Part shown: in pieces, positions 11,869 through 21,487 of the stretch
Numbering within the stretch: the first letter of the stretch is position 1
Layout: each line of letters begins with the position of its first letter
Assembly (NCBI GenBank): GCA_965216305.1
Contig: OZ244144.1
Span: 2,036,248-2,100,247 of the forward strand
DNA from: Gammaproteobacteria bacterium
Lineage (GTDB): Bacteria; Pseudomonadota; Gammaproteobacteria; Ga0077536
DNA length: 64,000 bases
Reading direction: 5' to 3'
Position numbers and translations under genes: made by a program
The notes under the pieces: generated by a model
The model's database searches: none
Seen by the model: the letters and a program-made list of their open reading frames with translations, nothing else
Told to the model about the DNA's origin: nothing

Positions 11869-12030
11869 GATGGTCTAGCGGGGTGTCCCACGATAAACAG
11901 TCGTAATTCCTTGATGTTTTTTCCGCTTCTGTGTTGCTGCGATCACGCAGAGCGTGTGTCCATGTGTTCGGAACAGTGCTGTTGATGAAACAACGGGCAC
12001 GACAGTCTGCACTGGTCCTGGAGCCCCGTA

Positions 12031-12834
12031 CTAGAGCATCAATGCGCTGATAATGTAATCGGCGAACAACACTGAAATTGACGCCGCCACAACTGCGTCC
12101 GTTGTTACACGGCTGACGCCTTCGGCGCCAAATACCATACTCCGATTCAAATGCATGAGAAAGCTCTTGCCGGTGCAAATCCAGGCGATAACAAGCGCGA
12201 ACGCAACGGATTTAGCGCCACCCATGAGCAGATCCCGCCACAGCACACTATCGGCCATGCTCTGGAAATAGGTGCCCTGGTTGAGTCCGAAAATAACAAC
12301 GCCAACGAACCAGCCGCCGATGATGCCGACGACATTGAATATCGCCGTGAGCAGGGGAACCGTAACGAGAAACGCAAGCAATCGTGGCACGATCAGATAG
12401 CGATACGGATCGATCGCCATCGATTCGAGTGCATCGATTTGATTGTCGCTGCGCATGATTCCAATCTCGGCACACGTTGCCGAGCCGGCACGTCCGATGA
12501 TGATCAGCGCCGTGAGTACAGGGCCGAGCTCACGGATCAGGCTCAGACCCACGGCGGAACCGAGCAGGCTGACGGAGCCAAAGCGCACGAGCGTATCGTA
12601 GAACTGCAGCGCAACAACCATGCCGACGAACGCGCCGGCGACCGCGATCACGACGACGGAGCGTGCACCGACAAAGCGGATCTGCTGGAACAGGACACGG
12701 ATTTCAAACGGTCGCGCTGCGAGCTGTCGCACTACCAGCAGCAGATACAAACCCATCCGCCCCAACTCCTCGACCGCGGTCAGCGTGCGGCTGCCAAAAG
12801 CCCCAAGCCACGTTGTGACGGCTCCTGTCATCAT
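12031..12834 (-). CDS. mlaE: MlaE, the ABC transporter permease.
   Basis: 267 aa polytopic membrane protein with typical MlaE/Ttg2B sequence. Follows mlaF. Confidence 0.9.
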   Translation of the reverse strand: MMTGAVTTWLGAFGSRTLTAVEELGRMGLYLLLVVRQLAARPFEIRVLFQQIRFVGARSVVVIAVAGAFVGMVVALQFYDTLVRFGSVSLLGSAVGLSLIRELGPVLTALIIIGRAGSATCAEIGIMRSDNQIDALESMAIDPYRYLIVPRLLAFLVTVPLLTAIFNVVGIIGGWFVGVVIFGLNQGTYFQSMADSVLWRDLLMGGAKSVAFALVIAWICTGKSFLMHLNRSMVFGAEGVSRVTTDAVVAASISVLFADYIISALML

Positions 12835-12875
12835 TTCCTGCTCAGTAGTGGCGCATCTGCGCGTGGCGTTTCACG

Positions 12876-13697
12876 TCAGGACTCGTCATCGTGCGTCAGC
12901 TGTTCGAGATACTCGTCACCGGTGCGTTTCCGGTGCCGGGTACGGCGATGCAGCAGCGCCTGGATGGCTTCGTCCGGGGAACGCATGATTTCCTCGACCG
13001 TACCGAGGCCCGCGATGCGGCCGTCGGCGATGATGAGTATGCGATCGGCAATTTTCAGTGCACTCTCGAGCTCGTGCGTAACCACGACGACGGTCATGCG
13101 CAGAGCGTCGCGCATCTCAATGATGAGTTCGTCGAGCTCGGCCGATGTCACCGGGTCGAGGCCCGCCGAAGGCTCATCGAAAAACAGCACGTGCGGATCC
13201 ATGATGACGGCACGCGCCAGGCCGGCACGCTTGAGCATCCCCCCCGACAGTTGAGCCGGCATCAGGTCTTCGGCGTTGCCGAGCGACATCATGTCGAGCT
13301 TCATACGACTCATGATCCGGATCGTGCTGGGATCCAGCGACGTGTGCTGACGCAGGGGCAGCTCGACATTGTCGATGACGCTCATCGAATTAATCAGCGC
13401 ACCGCTTTGAAACGCAACCCCGATCCGCTTACGCAGCTCGTACATATCCTTTTTCGACAGCGTCGCGAGTGACTTACCGAGTAGTTCAACGCTGCCGATC
13501 GAGGATTTGTTGAGGCCGATCAGGTGACGCAACAATGTTGTCTTGCCGGACCCGCTTGCGCCCATGATGACGAATATTTCGCCTTTCCTTACCTGCAGGC
13601 TCACATCGCGCAATACCTGCCGATTACCGTAAGCAGTAGATAAACCCCGGACGCAAAGGACGCTGCTTGGACTGTTGGGGGCGGCGGATTCGGTCAC
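12876..13697 (-). CDS. mlaF: MlaF, the ABC transporter ATP-binding protein.
   Basis: Walker A GASGSGKTT, ABC signature LSGGM and Walker B LFFDEP. First gene of the mlaFEDC operon. No STAS-domain mlaB follows. Confidence 0.9.
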   Translation of the reverse strand: MTESAAPNSPSSVLCVRGLSTAYGNRQVLRDVSLQVRKGEIFVIMGASGSGKTTLLRHLIGLNKSSIGSVELLGKSLATLSKKDMYELRKRIGVAFQSGALINSMSVIDNVELPLRQHTSLDPSTIRIMSRMKLDMMSLGNAEDLMPAQLSGGMLKRAGLARAVIMDPHVLFFDEPSAGLDPVTSAELDELIIEMRDALRMTVVVVTHELESALKIADRILIIADGRIAGLGTVEEIMRSPDEAIQALLHRRTRHRKRTGDEYLEQLTHDDES

Positions 13698-13843
13698 GTT
13701 CGTGGCGGTGCCTGTGGGGACGCGGAAGCTGGATGGGTTCGTCGCCAGTATACCGTGCTCGGGAGCGGATCTTCGATGGCGCGAACAGAATCCGCGTGGT
13801 CGGTGGCCCGGCGGGATGGTACGCGGGTTCGTCGCCCGCGGGC

Positions 13844-13875
13844 AAAAAAAACCCCGGGCGAACCGGGGTTTTTTC
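13844..13875. terminator. Bidirectional rho-independent terminator.
   Basis: A8 tract, then stem CCCCGG with loop GCGAA and stem CCGGGG, then T6. On the minus strand it sits immediately 3' of the PEP-CTERM protein gene and upstream of mlaF. Confidence 0.8.
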
Positions 13876-13919
13876 GTTCGCCAACGATGATGAAATCGCT
13901 GGCGGGTTTCAAGCGGACA

Positions 13920-14582
13920 TCAGGAGGCTTGACCACCCCGACGACCAACAGTGACGAGCGCCGTGATTGCCGCACCCATCATCCAGATGGCGGGCGGAAT
14001 CGGAATCGCGGACAGACCTACCGTCAGCGTCGCTGAGGTCTTTTCGATCTGCGCCGTTTGCCCGGCACCGAAAGCGAACGCGAACAGGCTGTTCGTGATG
14101 TTTACGTCGATCGATTCCTTGTTGTCGATGGCAATCGGCAGCACCGAAATCGTCCACGCATTCGGCAGCGTGTTCGGCTGGAACACCTGGGTCAGGAAGT
14201 TAGATGGCGTGCCGTCCGCAACAATCGAGCCCGACGCCATGGCGACGCCGTTCGTCGTTTCGCCCTGACCCATTTCGGAGTAGCTGAGCGAGGTGATGCG
14301 GAATCCCGTAGGTGCCGTCAGCGTCATAAACAGTGTATCGACCGCCGACTGCGTCAGTCCGCTGGAACCGTCCGCCAGGAAGTTGTCGAGACCAAGCTGT
14401 ATTTCCACATCGCCGCCAACGTCCGACTGCGTGACCCCTGCGATGTCAAACAGTGACGAATTTCCGTTACCGTCTGCCAGATTCGAGATTGTGACCGACG
14501 CGGCGTTAGCCGTCGCGAACCCGGTCGTTAAGAGCAGCACTGCGACTGCCTTTCCAATTCCCTTTAAAAAGTTTCTGTCCAT
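13920..14582 (-). CDS. Secreted protein with C-terminal PEP-CTERM-like (VPLPA-type variant) exosortase sorting signal.
   Basis: Signal peptide MDRNFLKGIGKAVAVLLLTTGFATANA, followed by a Ser/Thr/Gly/Asn-rich domain. C-terminus is IPIPPAIWMMGAAITALVTVGRRGGQAS: a Pro motif, a hydrophobic helix and an Arg cluster. GGAGGG RBS. Strong terminator downstream. Confidence 0.6.
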   Translation of the reverse strand: MDRNFLKGIGKAVAVLLLTTGFATANAASVTISNLADGNGNSSLFDIAGVTQSDVGGDVEIQLGLDNFLADGSSGLTQSAVDTLFMTLTAPTGFRITSLSYSEMGQGETTNGVAMASGSIVADGTPSNFLTQVFQPNTLPNAWTISVLPIAIDNKESIDVNITNSLFAFAFGAGQTAQIEKTSATLTVGLSAIPIPPAIWMMGAAITALVTVGRRGGQAS

Positions 14583-14929
14583 TCTCTTTAACCCTCCAAT
14601 GGGTTGTGAAGTCCTTTGCCTTTAGTCCGGGAGCTCGTGTCACGCGCCCCGAGCGTGTTTTATGTTGTCGAACACAATATTGGACGATTGTTACGACATT
14701 GTGAACTGCGTTCGTTAAATTTGGTGAACTATTACGCAAAACGCTTGGCAATGTTTTGGTACGCGCCGGATGCGCAGGCAAATGCTGCCGGCGGAAAGGG
14801 ATTATAACAATAAAAACATAAATTTAATGTGGGTTTTCAGGGCGTTTGCGGCGGCCCGGGCAGGTTCTCTCACCAGGCGGCGAATGCGCGCGGGAGGCCT
14901 GAAACGCGCGCCTGGCGCCGGATCCGAGC

Positions 14930-17356
14930 TTACGCCGTCGCCTGCTCGGTTTCGAGTTTTTCCATCAAATCGCCGATTGCACGGTCGAAGATGGGGTCCG
15001 GCTTCGTATCAATCCGGCGTGCCACCCCGCGCGCAAACTGGTCCGCAAGGCCGGCCAGGGTCGTATCGAGAGCCTTCTCGCCCTGGCGCATCGTGAACAG
15101 ATAGCGCCCGGTCGAAGGGCTGATCCAGGTGAACCGCGCCCGCATGGTCGAGCCGTCGTCGTTGTCGAATTCCACCCAGTCGCCGAGATCGAGCGCCGTC
15201 ACCTGCTCGATGAACGCCATGATATCGGGACTCAGGTGTTCGGGCTCCGGTGCCGCGTCGGCCGCTTCGGGCTCGAACAGGGACAGGTCGAAGTCGAGTT
15301 CCTGCGTGTCGACGCCACGCTGGTCGAACAAGCGGGCCAGCCCCTGCTTCACGAAGTCTTCGTTATCGGTACGGTCGTTCTCCGCCACCAGCGGTTCGTC
15401 ATCTGCTTGCGAACTGAACAGGTGCCGCTCCGCGAGGCCGGCTTCCTCTGTGTGCTTTACTGCCACCACGTGAACGCTGGCGAGCATGCTGAGGAATTTG
15501 GAGCACGTCGGGGGATCCATTTCCAGCGCCGCCATGCCGCGGCGAATGTTCTTCAGGATCTGCGGCAGCTTTTTCGTCAGCGCCTGGCGTTCTTCCGGGC
15601 CGGACTTGGGCTGGATCGACCACACCAGGTCTTCGGCGGTGCGCAACTGGTCGTGCCAGATTTCGCTGTCCGGGCCGTGTTCGACGTGCGTGATGATCAT
15701 GAGCTGACGCCAGTAATCGAGCAGGAACTGGCGGATGAAGGTGCGCATTTCCTGTCCCCGAATACCCTCGTTAATCGCGTCGTCCACGGCCAGCTTCGCG
15801 AGTTCGATTTGCTCCCGCGCACGCAGTGATTGCGCGGAATCCGCCGCTCGCTGCTCCGCTTCAGCGGTTTCACGGGCGAGGAATGCCTCGAGATCGTCGA
15901 GGGCGCGTTCGAACACGCTGACATCGTCGTCAAATTCGTCAAGAATCGTGTGCACGATCCGATCGGCAGTGTGAAACAGACTGTCTTCGTCGCCCGCGGG
16001 TGCGCTCCAGCCCACCGCAGCTCCGGCCAGCGCATCGAGCAGACGTCGCGCCGGGTGCGATTTCTTCGAAAACAGGGCCTTGTCCAGCAAAGCGACTTTC
16101 AGCATCGGGATTTGCAGGCGCCCAATCAGCGCTTTCATTGCTGCGGGGATCGCCGGATCGTCGAGGATGTAGTCGAACAGGATGGACACGATATCCAGCG
16201 TCAGGCCGTCCGTTTGATTGACCTGACCGATGGCGCCCGTTTCCCGGATCGAGCGCAGCACGTTGACGTTGCCGGCCGTGAACTGCGCCGGATCGATCGG
16301 GGCGTCGCCAACGGCCTCGAGTGCGCTGAGATCGCCCTGTTGCAGCAGGGTCAGCGTGTCGACGAGGTTGGCAGTGCCAAACGTGTTCGTGCCGCTGGCG
16401 CCGTCGCCGCCTGCCGTACCGCCCGCGCCGAAGCCGGTGCCGGTATTCATGGCGACGCCATTGCCGCTGCTACCCGTCGCCGCCCCCGTGCCGCCGGCAG
16501 CACTGCCACCGAACCCGCCGCCACCGCCGCCGGAGAAATTCGCGATGGCGCGGCCACCCCCAAGCTGTCCGTTCGACATCATGGTCTGTAATGTCGAAAA
16601 CACATCCGGTCCGGTGGCTTCAACCTGCTCGTCGTCGCTCTCGATAATGACGCGTGTGCGGCGCGCGTTACTGCCTCCGGGCGTTGTCGAACCCGTGATC
16701 TTCGGCAGCACATCGCGTCTGATCAGGTGATCATTAACGTCGGTGTACATCTGGTGGATGCCGGCACCGGCAAATTTGTCGAACATTTTGAACAGGGTCA
16801 GTTTGACCTCGATATCCGATTCAAGCTGTTGGCAGGCGGTGCGAAACGCACTGCCGATGATCTGCGGGCCGAGCGGATTGTCGCGATCGCCGAGATCCGG
16901 CTGGCTCAGCAGATAACCCATGCGGCGGTCGAGGTGGAATAGCTGCTGCTTGCACTTCGTACGGACACTTTCGACGAAATTCGTCAGCGCAAGTGTTTCT
17001 TCAACCTCATCGGTTTCGACGAGCGAGAGTTCCAGTTCCGGCGCAAACGAGGCGGCGGGGCGCAGGGCTTTTTCAAGATCGATGCTGTCTTCAAATTCTT
17101 CGTTGAAACTGGCGATGAAGCTCGCCTCGAAGGAGTCACGTTTCAGTCGCAGTTCACGCATGGCGTCGAAGTACAAGTTCTGACGCTGCGAACTGTCGGC
17201 TTTGTTCGCGAGCTCGAACAGCGCGTCATCGACCTTGTCGAGCACTGTTTTGAGCGACGCGGGGAGGCGCTCGGATGCGAGGCGCTGACATTCCGTCAAC
17301 AGCTCCGCCGAGCGGGCCGGCACGAGCCGGGTCACGTTAGCCATGTTCAATTCCAT
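14930..17356 (-). CDS. Large uncharacterized protein resembling the DUF1631 family, with an internal Gly-rich low-complexity region.
   Basis: 808 aa single ORF. N-terminal region (ECQRLASERLPASLKTVLDKVDDALFELANKADSSQRQNLYFDAMRELRLKR) matches my recollection of DUF1631 proteins from gammaproteobacteria. About 70 aa G/A/S/T-rich insert at roughly 16366-16570. Confidence 0.55.
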   Translation of the reverse strand: MELNMANVTRLVPARSAELLTECQRLASERLPASLKTVLDKVDDALFELANKADSSQRQNLYFDAMRELRLKRDSFEASFIASFNEEFEDSIDLEKALRPAASFAPELELSLVETDEVEETLALTNFVESVRTKCKQQLFHLDRRMGYLLSQPDLGDRDNPLGPQIIGSAFRTACQQLESDIEVKLTLFKMFDKFAGAGIHQMYTDVNDHLIRRDVLPKITGSTTPGGSNARRTRVIIESDDEQVEATGPDVFSTLQTMMSNGQLGGGRAIANFSGGGGGGFGGSAAGGTGAATGSSGNGVAMNTGTGFGAGGTAGGDGASGTNTFGTANLVDTLTLLQQGDLSALEAVGDAPIDPAQFTAGNVNVLRSIRETGAIGQVNQTDGLTLDIVSILFDYILDDPAIPAAMKALIGRLQIPMLKVALLDKALFSKKSHPARRLLDALAGAAVGWSAPAGDEDSLFHTADRIVHTILDEFDDDVSVFERALDDLEAFLARETAEAEQRAADSAQSLRAREQIELAKLAVDDAINEGIRGQEMRTFIRQFLLDYWRQLMIITHVEHGPDSEIWHDQLRTAEDLVWSIQPKSGPEERQALTKKLPQILKNIRRGMAALEMDPPTCSKFLSMLASVHVVAVKHTEEAGLAERHLFSSQADDEPLVAENDRTDNEDFVKQGLARLFDQRGVDTQELDFDLSLFEPEAADAAPEPEHLSPDIMAFIEQVTALDLGDWVEFDNDDGSTMRARFTWISPSTGRYLFTMRQGEKALDTTLAGLADQFARGVARRIDTKPDPIFDRAIGDLMEKLETEQATA

Positions 17357-17602
17357 TTTATTCCGCTCGCAATACCTGATACTGCAATTTGTTTATCGTC
17401 CGTTCTTTGGCCGGACTTAATGCTTCATAATGAATTAGGAGAAGCGGCCCGGGCGGGCAATCCGAAATGCAAACGACTGTGAACTTCGTCACCGCGGCCC
17501 GGGTCCGTCTGTGACGTGTATCGCAGTCGCGTGCGGCAACGCAGCAGCCGCCGGCGACGCAAGCGGTAGCGGCCTGTTGCGCGCAAAGCACAATCTGGAG
17601 GC

Positions 17603-18598
17603 ATGACAACGGTGGAAAATGTCGATTTGGCGGTGCTGGAAACGGCCGTGAACTGGATCCGCGCAGACGGCGAGATCGTCCTCGCAACGGTCGCTAAAAC
17701 CTGGGGTTCGTCGCCGCGGCCGGCGGGCTCGATGATGGCCTGGCGGCGCGACGGGCAGTTTGAAGGCTCGCTTTCCGGTGGCTGCATCGAGCAGGAACTG
17801 CTCGAGCGATTCGCCGCTGAACCGCCACCAGCGCCGACCCGCGTCACCTTTGGCGTGACGAAGGAGCAGGCCGTTGCCCGCGGGCTCCCGTGCGGCGGCG
17901 AGGTGACGGTGGTGGTGGAGCGATGGCGCGCCGCGGACGAGGGCGAGGCCATCCTCGAGCGCCTCGGACGGCGGCAGCGGGTAGAGCGGGTGGTTGCTAT
18001 GAGCGGTCCCGATCTGTCATCGCTTACGACACCGGCGCCGGGGGCGCGAACCACGCTCGACGCGGAGCAGTTTCGCATTGTGTTCGAGCCGAAATGGCGC
18101 CTGCTCGTGATCGGCGCCGGCCAGCTGAGCGCTTACGTCGCGCGTTTCGCCGTCCCGCTTGGCTACGACGTGCGTGTTTGCGACCCGCGCGAGAACTATC
18201 GCGACTCGTGGATGGCCGACGGTCCCGAGGTGAATGGGGCGATGCCGGATGATTTCGTGCTCGCAGCCGGGTGCGATGCGCAAACGGCGGTCGTTGCGCT
18301 CACTCACGACCCTAAACTCGACGATCTGGCAATCATGGAAGCGCTGGATTCGCCCGCGTTCTACGTCGGCGCACTCGGCTCCAGCCGGACGAACCGGGCG
18401 CGGCGCGAGCGTCTCGCCGAACACTTCGACATACCCGCGGAACGCCTCGCGTTCATGAGCGGCCCCATCGGCGTCGATCTGAACACCCGCACGGCGGCGG
18501 AAATCGCGCTTGCGGTGATGGTCGAAATTACCGCCCGTCGTAACGGTGTGACGCTGACGAGCGAGCGGCAAGGCACGCACGAACACGCCGCCGCCTAG
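17603..18598 (+). CDS. xdhC: XdhC/CoxI-family molybdenum-cofactor insertion chaperone.
   Basis: 331 aa with N-terminal XdhC/CoxI domain and C-terminal Rossmann-like XdhC_C domain. GGAGG RBS. Confidence 0.8.
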   Translation: MTTVENVDLAVLETAVNWIRADGEIVLATVAKTWGSSPRPAGSMMAWRRDGQFEGSLSGGCIEQELLERFAAEPPPAPTRVTFGVTKEQAVARGLPCGGEVTVVVERWRAADEGEAILERLGRRQRVERVVAMSGPDLSSLTTPAPGARTTLDAEQFRIVFEPKWRLLVIGAGQLSAYVARFAVPLGYDVRVCDPRENYRDSWMADGPEVNGAMPDDFVLAAGCDAQTAVVALTHDPKLDDLAIMEALDSPAFYVGALGSSRTNRARRERLAEHFDIPAERLAFMSGPIGVDLNTRTAAEIALAVMVEITARRNGVTLTSERQGTHEHAAA

Positions 18599-18599
18599 A

Positions 18600-19178
18600 A
18601 TGCCGCGACTCGTCGGCCTCTTGCTGGCAGGTGGTGCGTCGTCGCGGTTCGGGGGCAACAAACTCGCCGCGCTGATCGACGGCGTGCCGATCGGACTGCG
18701 GTCGGCGCGTACGCTCGCGGCCGTTATGCAGGAAATCCTTGTCATCGTGCCGCCTGACAAAGCGTCGACACAGGCCCTGTTCGAGGGCGAATTTCCGGTT
18801 TCGGTGTGTCCCGACGCGCGCGTGGGGATCGGCTGTTCCATCGCTCACGGGGTGCGGCAAACATCAGCCGCGGACGGTTGGCTGATCGCCCTTGCAGACA
18901 TGCCATTGATTGAAAGCGGAACGATCGCGGCGGTGAAATCCGCGTTGTCGTCCCGTTCGGTGATCGTGCGGCCCTGTACCGGTGGTCGCGGTGGCCATCC
19001 GGTCGGATTCGGCGGGGATTTTGCGTCCGAGCTCGAACAATTGCGCGGTGACAGCGGCGCGGCGTCCGTTATCGCGCGCCATCCGGAGGCCGTTATCTCG
19101 CTGGATGTGGCCGATCCGGGCGTTCTTTTCGATGTCGACCGGCCGGCCGATATCGCCGCCGCTGACGCCTTGCGCTAA
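18600..19178 (+). CDS. MobA-like nucleotidyltransferase (molybdenum cofactor cytidylyl/guanylyl-transferase, MocA-like).
   Basis: 192 aa with N-terminal LLAGGASSRFGGNKL motif of the MobA/MocA NTP-transferase family. Starts 2 nt after xdhC, so translationally coupled. Confidence 0.75.
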   Translation: MPRLVGLLLAGGASSRFGGNKLAALIDGVPIGLRSARTLAAVMQEILVIVPPDKASTQALFEGEFPVSVCPDARVGIGCSIAHGVRQTSAADGWLIALADMPLIESGTIAAVKSALSSRSVIVRPCTGGRGGHPVGFGGDFASELEQLRGDSGAASVIARHPEAVISLDVADPGVLFDVDRPADIAAADALR

Positions 19179-21340
19179 AACTCGCTCAGCGGTTGCGGGC
19201 GCCCGATTTCGTAACCCTGAGCGTAGTCAACGCCAACCCGCTTGAGGATATCGAGCACCTTGCGATCCTCGACGAACTCGGCAATCGTGTGCTTGCCCAT
19301 CATGTGCCCGATTTCGTTGATCGACCGGACCATGGCGAGGTCAATTGAGTCGGTCGCGATATCACGAACGAAACTGCCGTCGATTTTCAGGAAGTCCACC
19401 GGCAGTTTCTTCAGATAGGAGAACGAAGAAAATCCACTGCCGAAATCGTCCAGCGCAAACTTGCAGCCGCGATCTTTCAGCAGGGTGATGAAATGATTCG
19501 CCTGCACGAGATCGCAAACCGCCGCCGTTTCCGTCACTTCAAAGCAAAGCTTTTCGCCTGGAATCCCGGTGTCATCGAGCTGTTCGAGGATAAAGCACAC
19601 GACATCCTCGTTGGACAGTGATTGCCCGGACAAATTGATACCGCACAGGTGCAGCCGGGCGGCGAGGGCCGGATTGCGGCGTAACCAGTCGAGCGCCGCG
19701 CCGATCACCCAGCGGTCGATTTTCGGTGAGAGGTCGTAGCGCTCGGCAGCCGGAAGAAACTCCGCCGGCATGACGATGTTGCCGAGCTCGTCGCGCATGC
19801 GCAGCAACAGCTCGTAGTGATCGCCGCGTGCACACGTATCCCCCACTGGTCTGATGCGCTGGAAGTTCAGTTCGAAGCGATTGTCGGCCAGGGCATCGTT
19901 GATGCGCGTGGCCCAGCGCATTTCGCCCTGGTGACGGCTCACCGCGGGGTGGTCTTTCTCGTAAACATGCACCCGGTTGCGACCGGAGTCCTTGGCCGCG
20001 AAGCAGGCCGTATCGGCCATGCTGAGCACCGAGTTCGCGTCGTCGCAGCGAGCGTTGACGATCACGAGGCCGATGCTGGCCGTCACGACGTGCTTGCGCC
20101 CCTGCCACACGAATTCGAACGCGTCGACCATCTGGCGCATCATCTCGACGGTCTCGCGCGCTTGCGCCGTATCGCAGTCTTCGATGAGCACCGCGAACTC
20201 ATCGCTGCTCAGACGCGCCAGCGTGTCGCGCTTGCGCACAATGGACTTGAGCAGTTTTGCCACCTGACGCAGAAGCTCGTCGCCCGCGTCATGGCCACTG
20301 CTGTCATTGACGAATTTGAACTGATCGAGGTTGACGATAGCGAGTGCGTGCTCGGTATTTTCGCTGTGCGCGGAGTCGAGCACCTGGGTAAGGCGTTCTC
20401 CCAGTGATTTGCGATTCGCCAGCCCGGTAAGTTCGTCGTGCGTCGACTGGAAAGTCAGCGATTCCGCCAGCACATGCGTATCGTTGATGTCTTCACTCGT
20501 CATCAAAATCATACCGTCGACGCCCTGCCGGATCGCGACCGCGGTTTCGCGCGCCCAGTAGATTGAACCATCCTTGCGCCGGCGCCGGATATCCCAGCGA
20601 CACGTTCTGCCAGGGGTCGCCGTGGTGGCGCCGAGTTGATCGGCCACGATCACCTGGTCGTCCGGCGCGTACAGCGAGTAGATCGATTTGTTGATCACTT
20701 CGTTGCGTTCATAGCCGAGGAACTGCAGCCCGAACTGGTTCGCGAACAGCACGTCACCGGCAAAGTTCAGCGTAAAGCACGTCATCGGGGTGTTGTCGTA
20801 CAACACGTGGTAGCGGAATTCGTCGGAGTTATCGAGATCGCCGAGCAGTTCTTCGTGCACCCGATGGTGGGCGAGGTTGTCGAGAGTGCGCTCGATGTCC
20901 TTGCGGTTGCGGTTGATGTTCGTGGTGGAGAATTCGGCGGCGCGTAGTTTTTCTGCTGTGCGCTTCAATGACAACTGGGTTTTGATCCGCGCGAGCAGCA
21001 TCGGCAGTTCGCCGGGCTTGGTGACGTAATCATTCGCGCCGAGCTCGAGTGAGCGGCGGATGTCGTTGCGGTCGGAACTCGCCGCCAGCATGATCACCGG
21101 GAGTTCGGTTTGCGAGAATTGCGTGCGAATTTCCTGCAGCACGTCCTCGCCGCGCATACCCGGCATCTGGAGATCAAGGAGGACGAGATCCACGTGCCGC
21201 CGTTTGACCACGTCGAGGGCACCCGGTCCATCGGCGGCGGTAATGACATCGTATCCACGGGACCCAAGACGCATGGAAATCGCCTTGCGGATAGTCGCAT
21301 TGTCGTCCACGGCAAGTACCGTAGCCGTACACTCGGCCAA
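19175..21340 (-). CDS. Response-regulator receiver-PAS-GGDEF-EAL protein (c-di-GMP turnover).
   Basis: REC domain with phospho-acceptor region (LAVDDN...LDLQMPGM). PAS region. GGDEF-like SSDEF motif. EAL domain (ELLLRMRD..., DDFGSG). TTG start with GGAGG RBS. Confidence 0.85.
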   Translation of the reverse strand: MAECTATVLAVDDNATIRKAISMRLGSRGYDVITAADGPGALDVVKRRHVDLVLLDLQMPGMRGEDVLQEIRTQFSQTELPVIMLAASSDRNDIRRSLELGANDYVTKPGELPMLLARIKTQLSLKRTAEKLRAAEFSTTNINRNRKDIERTLDNLAHHRVHEELLGDLDNSDEFRYHVLYDNTPMTCFTLNFAGDVLFANQFGLQFLGYERNEVINKSIYSLYAPDDQVIVADQLGATTATPGRTCRWDIRRRRKDGSIYWARETAVAIRQGVDGMILMTSEDINDTHVLAESLTFQSTHDELTGLANRKSLGERLTQVLDSAHSENTEHALAIVNLDQFKFVNDSSGHDAGDELLRQVAKLLKSIVRKRDTLARLSSDEFAVLIEDCDTAQARETVEMMRQMVDAFEFVWQGRKHVVTASIGLVIVNARCDDANSVLSMADTACFAAKDSGRNRVHVYEKDHPAVSRHQGEMRWATRINDALADNRFELNFQRIRPVGDTCARGDHYELLLRMRDELGNIVMPAEFLPAAERYDLSPKIDRWVIGAALDWLRRNPALAARLHLCGINLSGQSLSNEDVVCFILEQLDDTGIPGEKLCFEVTETAAVCDLVQANHFITLLKDRGCKFALDDFGSGFSSFSYLKKLPVDFLKIDGSFVRDIATDSIDLAMVRSINEIGHMMGKHTIAEFVEDRKVLDILKRVGVDYAQGYEIGRPQPLSEF

Positions 21341-21487
21341 AATGACGGACCTCCTGCACGGCTGGACTTGATAGTTAGATATTTTATTCCGTGCGCGCGT
21401 TGAGTGTAGACACGGAAAACCTGAAGTGGCAAGTACTTATTCGCAGCAAACCATTGTTAACAGTTGAATTCTGCCGCCGGGAGAGAG

